Part shown: piece after piece, positions 36,997 through 46,349 of the stretch
Numbering within the stretch: position 1 is the first letter of the stretch
How the letters are laid out: the number at the start of each line of letters is the position of its first letter
Assembly (NCBI GenBank): GCA_043771985.1
Contig: JAYVGQ010000100.1
Coordinates: 19,700 to 83,699 of the forward strand
DNA length: 64,000 bases
Source: Sphingomonadales bacterium
Lineage (GTDB): Bacteria > Pseudomonadota > Alphaproteobacteria > Sphingomonadales > Sphingomonadaceae
Reading direction: 5' to 3'
Program-made: the position numbers and the translations under genes
Notes under the pieces: model-generated
The model's input: the letters and a program-made list of their open reading frames with translations, nothing else
What the model was told of the DNA's origin: nothing
Database searches by the model: none

Positions 36997-38701
36997 CACA
37001 GCGTTTGCGCTGGTTGAAAAGCAAAAGGGTGCGATGCGGCTGGTCGCAGTGTCGCAACCTGCGCATTTGATGGGGCTTAGCAGCGGACTGGCGCTTGCCG
37101 ATGCCCGTGCGCGGGTACCAGAGCTTTTGGCATTTGATTATGACCGCGTGGCAGATGATGCGTTGCTGGAACGATTGGCCGAGGCTTGCCTGCGTTATAC
37201 GCCCAAAGTGATGCTGGATCGCCCAAAGGGCCTATTGCTTGATATTACGGGGTGCTGTCACCTCTTCAGCAAACCCCAACCCGTCAGGGGAGGGGTGGGG
37301 GCTGTAAGTTTGGCACAGTCCTCGCCAACAAGCCCCACCCCCAACCCGCCGACCAAAGCAAACGTCCGAGGGACGTTTGCGGAAGGCTCTGAAGCGGAGG
37401 GGCTTTTAGCCGCCGACCTTCAACACCGCCTGACCAGCGGCGGCTACACCGCGACTTTTGCTTTCTCCGCCTCGTCCGATGCGGCGATGGCGCTGGCGAT
37501 CTATGGCCTTGATGAGGGGCAGGTGGCGCAGCTGCCGGTATCTGCGTTGCGCTGTGATCCCGCAGTCCACCATGCGCTGCGCCGTGCCGGGCTAAACCGT
37601 ATTCGTGACCTTGCCAGTCGCCCGCGCACAGTACTCGCCTCGCGCTTTGGCGAAAAGGTCACGCATCAGCTGGCCCGGTTGCTGAGCGAAATCGACAGCC
37701 CCATCATTCCGCGCCGGTCACGTCCCGAAATCCTGTGCGAAGTGCGGTTTGCCGAACCGATTGGTCACACCGACAGTGTGCGTGATGCGATGGCCGGGCT
37801 GGCGGTGGATGCCATTCGCCAATTAGGCGAACGCGGCGAAGGCGCACGGGCATTGGAGGTTGTGCTTTATCGTTGCGACGGGATGATATCGCGGCTGGGC
37901 ATAGAGACTGCCGCGCCGACTCGCGATGTCGCACTGATTATGCGGTTGTTTGCCGAACGGATTGATGCGCTGCGCGATCCGCTCGACCCCGGCTTTGGCT
38001 ATGACCAAATTACGCTCCATATCCGCGCTGCCGAGCCGCTGAATGCCGACCAAAGCGATTTTGAAAGCAGCACCGCCAAAGCGCGCGAAGAACTGTCCGC
38101 GTTGCTTGCACGGCTGGCAACGCGGCTGGGGCCAGAATGCGTAACCCGTTGGCAGATGCTCGACAGCCATGTGCCAGAGGGGGTTTTTATCGATGGGGCG
38201 GCGGCTACCATCTCAATCCAAAACTGCGTCACCCCCGCAAAGGCAGGGAACCATCGCCTGATGATGAAATTTAGAATGCCGGTGATGGATTGTGCAAGCA
38301 CGCCGTTGGCTCCCCGCCTTCAGCCTTTGGCTGAAGTTTATCCTGAGCGCCCGCCCTGCGGGCAGTCGAAGGGCGGCAATGACGAAAAGAAGGAGGGATT
38401 GGCCCCTACCCGCCCTCTCCTGCTCCTCGACCCACCCGAAGCAGTTGACGCCATTGCCGAAGTCCCCGACGGCCCGCCTTACCGCTTTCGCTGGCGTGGG
38501 ACGCAGCACCGCGTCGCGCAGCACGAAGGGCCAGAACGAATCGTTATGCCTTGGTGGGACGGACGGCGAAAAGAAGCTCGGCTGACACGCGATTATTACC
38601 GAGTCGAGGACGATACTGGCCACCGATTCTGGCTATTTCGCCACGGACTGTACGAGGAAAAATCCGACCCCGATTGGTATGTGCATGGGTTGTTCGCATA
38701 A
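36878..38701 (+). CDS. imuB: Y-family polymerase-like ImuB, carrying two repeat-derived insertions
   Basis: LALADARARVPEL, LLDITGCCHLF, RFAEPI, AEVPDGPPYRFRWRG, GPERI, RDYYRVED, WYVHGLFA. Confidence 0.92.
   Translation: MSNLQPNPRKAIVQERRHLAVYFPWLPAERLIRIRAAPPDTAFALVEKQKGAMRLVAVSQPAHLMGLSSGLALADARARVPELLAFDYDRVADDALLERLAEACLRYTPKVMLDRPKGLLLDITGCCHLFSKPQPVRGGVGAVSLAQSSPTSPTPNPPTKANVRGTFAEGSEAEGLLAADLQHRLTSGGYTATFAFSASSDAAMALAIYGLDEGQVAQLPVSALRCDPAVHHALRRAGLNRIRDLASRPRTVLASRFGEKVTHQLARLLSEIDSPIIPRRSRPEILCEVRFAEPIGHTDSVRDAMAGLAVDAIRQLGERGEGARALEVVLYRCDGMISRLGIETAAPTRDVALIMRLFAERIDALRDPLDPGFGYDQITLHIRAAEPLNADQSDFESSTAKAREELSALLARLATRLGPECVTRWQMLDSHVPEGVFIDGAAATISIQNCVTPAKAGNHRLMMKFRMPVMDCASTPLAPRLQPLAEVYPERPPCGQSKGGNDEKKEGLAPTRPLLLLDPPEAVDAIAEVPDGPPYRFRWRGTQHRVAQHEGPERIVMPWWDGRRKEARLTRDYYRVEDDTGHRFWLFRHGLYEEKSDPDWYVHGLFA
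37270..37405. repeat. REP-like element inside the imuB coding sequence (insertion 1)
   Basis: GGGGAGGGGTGGGGGCT / AGCCCCACCCCCAACCC inverted arms plus a nested perfect hairpin GCAAACGTCC-GAG-GGACGTTTGC (37358-37380). Confidence 0.75.
38227..38384. repeat. REP/RPE-like element inside the imuB coding sequence (insertion 2) with nested 51-bp insert
   Basis: CGTCACCCCCGCAAAGGCAGGGAACCA left arm; right arm TGGCTCCCCGCCTTC...GCGGCAATGACG split by 38322-38372; same family as 53020-53105. Confidence 0.85.
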
Positions 38702-38705
38702 TAAT

Positions 38706-38884
38706 TTCTCTCCCCCTGCGGGAGAGAATAGACTTGGCTTGGCGATTTATCGCCTAGCTAGTCTTAGAGAGGGGGTGCGGACTTCTGGCTCGCACGGGCA
38801 CTGGATAACCGCACACCCTCTCCCAGCTTCGACTAGCAAGCAGGCTTGCAAGTCTGCGCAACCCTCTCCCGTAAAGGGAGAGGG
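38706..38884. repeat. REP-like element between imuB and dnaE2
   Basis: Terminal hairpins TTCTCTCCC-CCTGC-GGGAGAGAA and CCCTCTCCC-GTAAA-GGGAGAGGG with internal GAGAGGGGGTG / CACCCTCTC arms. Confidence 0.82.
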
Positions 38885-38887
38885 AAA

Positions 38888-41800
38888 TTGAGTTACGCCG
38901 AACCCATCGCTGCCACCAATTTCTCATTCCTATCCGGTGCATCACATCCGGGCGAGATGGTGGAGCACGCTATCGCTTTGGGCATTTCAGGCATTGGGAT
39001 CGCAGATAAAAACAGCGTTGCAGGCGTTGTCCGGGCGCACAGCGCGTGGAATACGGCGCAGAAAGAAGGACGCGCCGGTGACTTCAAATTGATCGTTGGC
39101 GCGCGGTTGGTCTTTGCCGATGGAACGCCCGATATTGTCGCCTATCCGATGACACGGCGCGGCTGGGGTCGGCTGACGCGGTTGTTATCACTGGGTAATT
39201 TGCGGACGAAAAAGGGGGATTGCATCCTCAGGTTTGGGGATCTGTTGGAATGGGCAGACGAGATGTGCCTTATAATCCTCCCTGACCAAGCTGAGGGTGA
39301 AATTTGGGAGCAGCTCAGAGCGAAGACAAATCACCTCTACATCGGCGCATCAATGCACCGATCCGGCGCGGACAAGCGCAACCTTGCTGCCCTCAAAGCG
39401 TTCTCCGCCCGAACCGGCATCCCCCTGATCGCCACCAACGATGCGTTGTACGCCACCGCCGCTGACCGTCCGTATCACGACATCCTCACCTGCATCCGCG
39501 AGAAGGTGACTATTCAAGAGGCAGGCACGCGCCTTGCCGCCAATGGTGAACGCTATTTGAAAAGCCCGGCTGAAATGGCCCGCCTGTTTGCCGATGCGCC
39601 GCAAGCCATCGCTGCGACCGCTGAACTGTTCAACGCCGTCAATTTCACGCTGGACGAACTCGCCTATGAATATCCGCACGAGCCGGTGCCGATGGGCTGG
39701 AGCCCGCAGGACTGGCTGGAGGATCTGACCCGCAGCACGCTATCTGAACGTTTTCCCGTCAAAGACTTCCCTGACGGCGCACCTGCGCGGTGGACTGAAT
39801 TGCTTGATGAAGAACTGGGCCTGATCGCACGGCTGAAATATGCGGCCTATTTCCTGACCGTGTACGACATCGTCAAATTCGCCCGCGCGCAAGAACCGCC
39901 GATATTATGCCAAGGCCGCGGCAGCGCGGCCAATTCGCTCGTGTGTTATTTGCTTGGCGTAACCTCGGTTGATCCCGTTACTAACAACCTGCTTTTTTCG
40001 CGCTTTCTGTCCGAAGAACGCGCCGAGCCGCCTGACATCGATGTCGATTTTGAACATGAGCGGCGCGAGGAGGTGATGCAATATATCTACAAACGCTATG
40101 GTCGCCACCGCGCCGGTATTGTCGCCACTGTCATCCATTATCGCCCGAAATCGACGCTACGGGAAGTTGGTAAGGCGCTTGGCTTTTCCGAAGATGTGAC
40201 GGCACGGCTTTCGGGCACCATCTGGGGCAGCTGGGGCGGTGAAGTTGAAGAGGCGCGCATCCGCGAGGCGGGGTTTGATCCAGGTAATCCCGAAATTCGC
40301 CGGATGCGCAAAGTCGTCGCCCGCATCCTGAATTTCCCGCGCCATTTGTCGCAGCATGTCGGCGGCTTTGTGCTGACCGAGGACCGGCTGGACGAGACTG
40401 TGCCGATATTGAACGGCGCGATGGACGACCGCACGTTCATCGAATGGGACAAGGATGATATCGATGCGCTGGGGCTGTTAAAAGTTGATGTGCTGTCGCT
40501 GGGGATGCTGACCTGCATCCGCAAAAGTTTGGAGATGGTGAAAGGATTAGGCGGGGCAGATCTCAACCTGCAATCCATCCCGACCGAAGACCCCGCCGTG
40601 TACGACATGCTGTGTACCGGCGATTCTATCGGGGTTTTTCAGGTCGAAAGCCGCGCCCAGATCAACATGTTGCCGCGCCTGCGCCCACGCCAGTTTTACG
40701 ACCTGGTTGTCCAAGTCGCGATCGTCCGCCCCGGCCCGATTGAAGGCGAAATGGTGCATCCCTATTTGCGGCGGCGGCAGGGGATGGAGCCGGTCGAATT
40801 CCCGTCACCCAATCCGCCGCACGACCCCGATGAATTGCACGATGTGCTAGGCCGGACGTTCGGTGTGCCGTTGTTTCAGGAACAAGCGATGAAGCTGGCC
40901 ATCGTTGCGGCTGAATTCACCCCTGATGAAGCAAACGGCTTGCGCCGCGCAATGGCGACGTTCCGCAACCTTGGCACCATCGACCAGTTTCGAGGCAAGA
41001 TGGTCGGGCGGATGGTGGAACGCGGCTATACCGAGGCGTTTGCTGCACGCTGTTTCAAACAGATCGAAGGGTTCGGCAGCTACGGCTTTCCCGAAAGCCA
41101 TGCGCAGGCCTTTGCCCATCTGGTCTATGCCTCAGCCTGGATCAAATGCCACCACCCCGCCGTGTTCGCCGCCGCTTTGCTCAATTCGCAACCGATGGGA
41201 TTCTATGCCCCTGCGCAGATCGTCCGCGATGCGCGCGACCACAATGTGCCCGTGCTGCCGATTGATGTGAATCAAAGTGGGTGGGATAATACCGTTGCGG
41301 GCACTCCGCCGACGCTTCGCCTTGGCCTGCGCCAGATTGATGGGTTTCGCGAGGATTGGGCCGAAAATATGGCTCGCGCGCGCCGTTTTGGCCCGTTCAC
41401 CGACATCGAAACCCTCGCAGGCCGCGCCGGACTTAACGATCAGGCGCTAAAACTGCTCGCTGATGCCGATGCGCTGCGTTCGTTGAACCTGGACCGGCGA
41501 CAAGGGCTGTGGGAAGTTCACCGCCGGCCTGGTCCGTCGCTGCCCCTGTTCGCCTTTGCCGAGGCTAAAGAGCTAGCCGCTGAACCCGATGCGCACCTGC
41601 CCGCAATGGCTGTGTCCGAACATGTCGCTGCCGATTACCAGACGCAGCGATTGTCGCTGAAAGGCCATCCGATGCAGTTCTTGCGCGAAAGCTTCACTCA
41701 CGAAAATATCCTGAGCTGTGCTGCGGTCAACGCCGCGAAAAACGGCGCACAGGTCAAGGCCGCAGGCGTGGTGTTGATGCGGCAGCGACCCGGAAAGGGC

Positions 41801-42121
41801 AATGCGGTCTTCATCACGATCGAAGATGAAGGCGGGATCGTGAACATTCTGTTGTGGACGCGATTGATGGAACGGCAGCGCCGCGCCGTCATGGCCGCAC
41901 GGTTGATGGAGGTTCACGGCGAAGTGCAACGCAGCAAAGAAGGCGTCGTGCATTTGATGGCGCACACGGTGATCGACCGCACTGACGCGCTGGGCCGTTT
42001 GTCCGAAACGCACTGCGCCAATCCGGAATTTTCGCGCGCTGATGAGGTCAACCGTCCGCAAAACCCGCGCGGCCATCCACGCAATGTGCGGATATTACCC
42101 AAATCGCGGGATTTTCATTAG
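38888..42121 (+). CDS. dnaE2: Error-prone DNA polymerase DnaE2 (ImuC)
   Basis: TNFSFLSGASHP PHP domain, QGRGSAANS, PPDIDVDF, PRHLSQHVGG, GSYGFPESHA, C-terminal SRDFH; TTG start. Confidence 0.97.
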   Translation: MSYAEPIAATNFSFLSGASHPGEMVEHAIALGISGIGIADKNSVAGVVRAHSAWNTAQKEGRAGDFKLIVGARLVFADGTPDIVAYPMTRRGWGRLTRLLSLGNLRTKKGDCILRFGDLLEWADEMCLIILPDQAEGEIWEQLRAKTNHLYIGASMHRSGADKRNLAALKAFSARTGIPLIATNDALYATAADRPYHDILTCIREKVTIQEAGTRLAANGERYLKSPAEMARLFADAPQAIAATAELFNAVNFTLDELAYEYPHEPVPMGWSPQDWLEDLTRSTLSERFPVKDFPDGAPARWTELLDEELGLIARLKYAAYFLTVYDIVKFARAQEPPILCQGRGSAANSLVCYLLGVTSVDPVTNNLLFSRFLSEERAEPPDIDVDFEHERREEVMQYIYKRYGRHRAGIVATVIHYRPKSTLREVGKALGFSEDVTARLSGTIWGSWGGEVEEARIREAGFDPGNPEIRRMRKVVARILNFPRHLSQHVGGFVLTEDRLDETVPILNGAMDDRTFIEWDKDDIDALGLLKVDVLSLGMLTCIRKSLEMVKGLGGADLNLQSIPTEDPAVYDMLCTGDSIGVFQVESRAQINMLPRLRPRQFYDLVVQVAIVRPGPIEGEMVHPYLRRRQGMEPVEFPSPNPPHDPDELHDVLGRTFGVPLFQEQAMKLAIVAAEFTPDEANGLRRAMATFRNLGTIDQFRGKMVGRMVERGYTEAFAARCFKQIEGFGSYGFPESHAQAFAHLVYASAWIKCHHPAVFAAALLNSQPMGFYAPAQIVRDARDHNVPVLPIDVNQSGWDNTVAGTPPTLRLGLRQIDGFREDWAENMARARRFGPFTDIETLAGRAGLNDQALKLLADADALRSLNLDRRQGLWEVHRRPGPSLPLFAFAEAKELAAEPDAHLPAMAVSEHVAADYQTQRLSLKGHPMQFLRESFTHENILSCAAVNAAKNGAQVKAAGVVLMRQRPGKGNAVFITIEDEGGIVNILLWTRLMERQRRAVMAARLMEVHGEVQRSKEGVVHLMAHTVIDRTDALGRLSETHCANPEFSRADEVNRPQNPRGHPRNVRILPKSRDFH

Positions 42122-42146
42122 CGCAAACTGCCCCTAAAGCCTTGCA

Positions 42147-43913
42147 ATGACTTCGCTGCTTAACATCCCGACATCGATCCTTGGCCAAGAATGGAAATGG
42201 CGCGGGGGAGCCGCCGATGCGCGCGATCCCAATTTCGCGCCCGACGATCTGGTCACACAATTGTTGCTGGCGCGCGGCGTTGCACGCGATGATCTGGACC
42301 GCCACCGCAACCCCACGATCCGCGGCTTCATGCCCGATCCGTCAGTGTTTCAGGATATGGACCGCGCCGCTGAACGGCTGTGCGACGCAGTGCAATCGGG
42401 CGAAGTCGTTACCGTTTACGGTGATTACGACGTTGACGGCGCAACCAGCGCAGCGTTGCTGATCCGCTTGCTCCGCGATCTTGGATTGCCTGCGGGCTAT
42501 TATATCCCCGACCGCTTGCTCGAAGGCTATGGCCCATCGGGCGACGCTTTGGTGCGATTGGGCGAGGCGGGCAATAAGTTGATCGTCACTGTCGATTGCG
42601 GCGCGATGGCGTATGAGGCGCTGGCTGAGGCCAAAGCGGCGGGCATCGAAGTGATCGTCGTCGATCACCATAAATGCGGCATCGAATTGCCAACCGCCTT
42701 TGCGTTGGTGAACCCCAACCGCTTGGACGAAAGCGACGAAGGCGCAACGCACGGACATCTGGCGGCGGTGGGTGTTGCGTTCTTGCTGGGTGCGGCGATT
42801 ATCCGCGTGCTGCGCGGGCGCGGCTATTTTGCCGATCGCGCCGAACCCAATCTGATGGCGTTGCTCGATATTGTCGCGCTGGGGACTGTTGCTGATGTCG
42901 CGCAGCTCAAAGGCCTCAATCGCGCTTTTGTTGCCCAAGGACTGAAAATCATGGCAGGCAGACGCAATGTCGGCCTGAATGCGCTCGCCGCTGCGGCCCG
43001 TTTGAACCGCGCACCGATTTGTTCTGATCTGGGTTTCGCGCTTGGCCCGCGCATCAATGCTGGCGGCCGCGTCGGCAAATCCGACCTTGGCGTGCGCTTG
43101 CTGATTACCGAAGACCCCGACGAAGCGCGGATGATCGCACAGGAACTTGACCAGCTAAACGATGACCGCCGCGTCATCGAAGGCGATGTGCAGGAACAGG
43201 CCGAGGCACTGCTCGCCGGACAGCACAACCGCGCCGTTGCCATCGTCGCGGGGCAAGGCTGGCACCCTGGCGTGATTGGCATTGTCGCGGGGCGCCTGAA
43301 GGAAAAAGCCGGAAAACCCGCCATCGTTATCGCGCTGGATGCTGATGGCACAGGCAAAGGCTCTGGCCGCTCGATCAGCGGCGTTGATCTGGGCGCGGCA
43401 ATAATCTCGGCACGTGAGGCGGGGCTGCTGGTCGCAGGCGGCGGTCATGCCATGGCCGCAGGGCTGACGATAAACGCTGACAAAATCGATGCGCTAGGCG
43501 AATGGCTCGACGAACGGCTGGCAAACGACGTCGCCCGTGCATCGGCAAGCAAAGCGTTATTAGTCGATGCGGTGCTCACCCCGCGCGGACTGCAACCCAC
43601 GTTTATCGACGCCATCGAGACCGCCGGGCCCTATGGCACGGGCTGGCCCGGGCCACGCGTGGTCACAGGCCCCGTGCGTGTCGTCAAATGCGATATCGTT
43701 GGCAAAGACCATGTCCGCGCAATTGTTTCGGGCGATGACGGCGCATCATTCAAAGCCATGGCATTTCGCCAAGGCGAAAGCGTTTTGGGCCAACAATTGC
43801 TCCACGGCGAACGCGGCCAGAAATACTGGTTGGCGGGCCGCGCAAAGATTGATGATTGGGGCGCCACGCCAAAGGCAGAGCTGCATATCGACGATGCCGC
43901 CTTTGCCGATTGA
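42147..43913 (+). CDS. recJ: ssDNA-specific exonuclease RecJ
   Basis: YGDYDVDG, TVDCG, VDHH, LGTVAD, GPRINAGGR, GSGRS, GGGHAMAAG. Confidence 0.96.
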   Translation: MTSLLNIPTSILGQEWKWRGGAADARDPNFAPDDLVTQLLLARGVARDDLDRHRNPTIRGFMPDPSVFQDMDRAAERLCDAVQSGEVVTVYGDYDVDGATSAALLIRLLRDLGLPAGYYIPDRLLEGYGPSGDALVRLGEAGNKLIVTVDCGAMAYEALAEAKAAGIEVIVVDHHKCGIELPTAFALVNPNRLDESDEGATHGHLAAVGVAFLLGAAIIRVLRGRGYFADRAEPNLMALLDIVALGTVADVAQLKGLNRAFVAQGLKIMAGRRNVGLNALAAAARLNRAPICSDLGFALGPRINAGGRVGKSDLGVRLLITEDPDEARMIAQELDQLNDDRRVIEGDVQEQAEALLAGQHNRAVAIVAGQGWHPGVIGIVAGRLKEKAGKPAIVIALDADGTGKGSGRSISGVDLGAAIISAREAGLLVAGGGHAMAAGLTINADKIDALGEWLDERLANDVARASASKALLVDAVLTPRGLQPTFIDAIETAGPYGTGWPGPRVVTGPVRVVKCDIVGKDHVRAIVSGDDGASFKAMAFRQGESVLGQQLLHGERGQKYWLAGRAKIDDWGATPKAELHIDDAAFAD

Positions 43914-43980
43914 ATTTGCGCGATTCCCTCACTTGACGGGACGCAACCGAATCCGTAAAGGCGCGCTTCCATCCAACGAT

Positions 43981-44055
43981 GGCCCCTTCGTCTAGCGGTT
44001 AGGACGCGGCCCTTTCACGGCTGAAACACGGGTTCGATTCCCGTAGGGGTCACCA
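43981..44055 (+). tRNA. tRNA-Glu(TTC)
   Basis: GGCCCCT acceptor stem, anticodon loop CTTTCAC, GGTTCGATTCC T-arm, encoded CCA. Confidence 0.97.
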
Positions 44056-44103
44056 AATGGTGAAGCGCAATGCGCTCGGTGGTGTGCTCTCAGATCTTAC
44101 GAT

Positions 44104-44925
44104 TCAACCTTTGCGCTGTTTTAACAACAGCTCCGCCACACCATAAGTCCGTTCATTATCGACATCGATGGCGAACGCACCATCCGGCGTTACATAGGGC
44201 ACGACGCGGACGCCGAAACGGCGGGATATGGCGCGAAAGGCTCCGTCCAATGACGACCAGCCGAAACGGAAACGGATAAGGTTCCAAACCCCAAACGCTT
44301 TGGCGATGCGCGCACGGTTCTTTGCGAACTGCCCACCTTGGCGAAATGCCTCGGTCGCAGCGAGCGCTTTGCTGTTGCGCAACCAAAAGACGTTGCAGTT
44401 TGAAATCGCAACATCGCTGAATTCATAGAATTTGCGCTGACCATCGGGATGCGCGGCACGGATGGATTCGCGAGTGGCCAGAACAACGACCGCATCGCCT
44501 TCGCCGGCCAGCGCGGCGTCGTGCACACCGCGCAGATATTCAGGTTCGGCGAGCACATTGTCGGCGGTGGTAATCATCAGCGGAAAGGCACACTCGCCGC
44601 CTGCCTCGGCAATCGCAGCCTCAACGCTTTCGACAATGCCAGACTGCGCCATGCACAGCAGCAGTCGCCCCGCCGCCTTCAGATCGACCACACCGGGCAA
44701 GTCCGCAATAACATCAGGATCGTGGATCGAGATCACCACGCGTGCGTCGGGAAATGCCGGGCCAACAGCCTCAGTCACCCACTGCAGCAATGGTTTACCC
44801 ATAATCGGAACGCGGCATTTATGGCTGACGCCTGCGCGTTCGGCCAGTGGATCAAGTGTGCCGTCGCGTTTGCCCGCCAGGATCAGGATGGTCGGTGTCG
44901 GTGTCGTTGTCAGTGCTTGGGTCAT
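44104..44925 (-). CDS. Nucleotidyltransferase (MobA-like NTP transferase) family protein
   Basis: ILILAGKRDG, HKCRVPIMGKPLL, LMITTADN, FAIDVD. Confidence 0.8.
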   Translation of the reverse strand: MTQALTTTPTPTILILAGKRDGTLDPLAERAGVSHKCRVPIMGKPLLQWVTEAVGPAFPDARVVISIHDPDVIADLPGVVDLKAAGRLLLCMAQSGIVESVEAAIAEAGGECAFPLMITTADNVLAEPEYLRGVHDAALAGEGDAVVVLATRESIRAAHPDGQRKFYEFSDVAISNCNVFWLRNSKALAATEAFRQGGQFAKNRARIAKAFGVWNLIRFRFGWSSLDGAFRAISRRFGVRVVPYVTPDGAFAIDVDNERTYGVAELLLKQRKG

Positions 44926-45032
44926 GCGCGCGCTTATAGATGCTCGGTCAGAAAGCGGCAAGCTTGGGGTGGTAAAGCCGCCCGAATTGGCTTAGGCGGC
45001 CCTTTGCAACCGCAATCTCCATACAGGCATTT

Positions 45033-46349
45033 ATGGCACACCCCCTTCGCATCGCACCGCTTAAAATAGGATTGGCTGGTCTTGGCACAGTTGGCACCGG
45101 TGTCATCCGGCTGATTGAGGAAAACCGCGATTTAATCGCGCGGCGGGCCGGACGGCCGATTGAAATTGTTGCGATAACTGCACGTGACAGAACCAAAGAT
45201 CGCGGTGTTGATTTAGGCGCCTATCGCTGGGTCGATGACATGGGCGAGTTAGCGACAGCGGACGATATTGATGGTGTTGTCGAACTGGTCGGTGGTTCAG
45301 ACGGTCCCGCACTAACGCTGGCGCGCGAAACGCTTAATCATGGCCGCGCATTAGTGACCGCCAATAAAGCGATGATCGCGCATCATGGAGCAGAGCTTGG
45401 CGCATTAGCCGATAGCAAAAATGCACCGCTGAAATTTGAAGCAGCCGTTGCAGGGGGCATTCCTGTTATTCAGGGGCTGCGTGATGGAGCCGCCGCAAAC
45501 CGCATCGACCGCGTTTACGGCATCCTCAACGGCACCTGCAATTTCATCCTGTCGGCAATGGAGCGGGACGGGCGCGACTTTGCCGATGTCCTTTCCGATG
45601 CGCAGGCCAAAGGCTATGCCGAGACGGACCCAAGCTTTGATATCGACGGGGTCGATGCAGCGCACAAGCTTTCGATTCTGGCGTCGCTAAGTTTCGGATC
45701 GAAAATCGATTTTGCGGGCGTCGAAGTGCGCGGTATCCGCAAAATTCTCGCTGCCGATATCGCGCAAGCACAGGCATTGGGCTATCGTATTCGCCTGATC
45801 GGTTTTGCCGAAATCGACGGCGAAAACGGAAGTGCGCAGATTTTTCAACGCGTGCATCCGTGCCTTGTTCCGCTGGCGCATCCGCTGGCCAATGTGACTG
45901 GCGCGACCAACGCAGTGGTTGCAGAGGGCAATTATTCAGGGCGTTTGTTGTTCCAAGGTGCAGGTGCGGGCGACCGGCCAACCGCATCGGCAGTCGTCGC
46001 GGACCTCGTCGATATCGCGCGTAAAGAAACTGGCCCTGCATTTTCGGTGCCAACGAACGAACTGGAAGTGCTGCCCCGCGCATCCGCTGCACACCGTATC
46101 GGGCAAACCTATTTGCGGATGCTGGTGGCGGACCGCGCCGGCGTGCTTGCCGAAATCGCCGCCGCTATGCGCGACGCAGGGCTTTCGATCGAAAGCCTTA
46201 TCCAGCGCGAAATCACCGATGGTTCGGCCTTAATATCAATGGTCACACACGAAGGTCGCGAAGCGGCCATCGACGCGACACTTAAAACATTATCGGGATC
46301 GGACAGCCTGCTGGGCGAACCGATGGTGATGCACATATTAGGGGAATAG
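45033..46349 (+). CDS. hom: Homoserine dehydrogenase
   Basis: GLAGLGTVG, VTANKA, FEAAVAGGIP, GILNGTCN, GYAETDP, GAGAG, C-terminal ACT domain. Confidence 0.96.
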   Translation: MAHPLRIAPLKIGLAGLGTVGTGVIRLIEENRDLIARRAGRPIEIVAITARDRTKDRGVDLGAYRWVDDMGELATADDIDGVVELVGGSDGPALTLARETLNHGRALVTANKAMIAHHGAELGALADSKNAPLKFEAAVAGGIPVIQGLRDGAAANRIDRVYGILNGTCNFILSAMERDGRDFADVLSDAQAKGYAETDPSFDIDGVDAAHKLSILASLSFGSKIDFAGVEVRGIRKILAADIAQAQALGYRIRLIGFAEIDGENGSAQIFQRVHPCLVPLAHPLANVTGATNAVVAEGNYSGRLLFQGAGAGDRPTASAVVADLVDIARKETGPAFSVPTNELEVLPRASAAHRIGQTYLRMLVADRAGVLAEIAAAMRDAGLSIESLIQREITDGSALISMVTHEGREAAIDATLKTLSGSDSLLGEPMVMHILGE

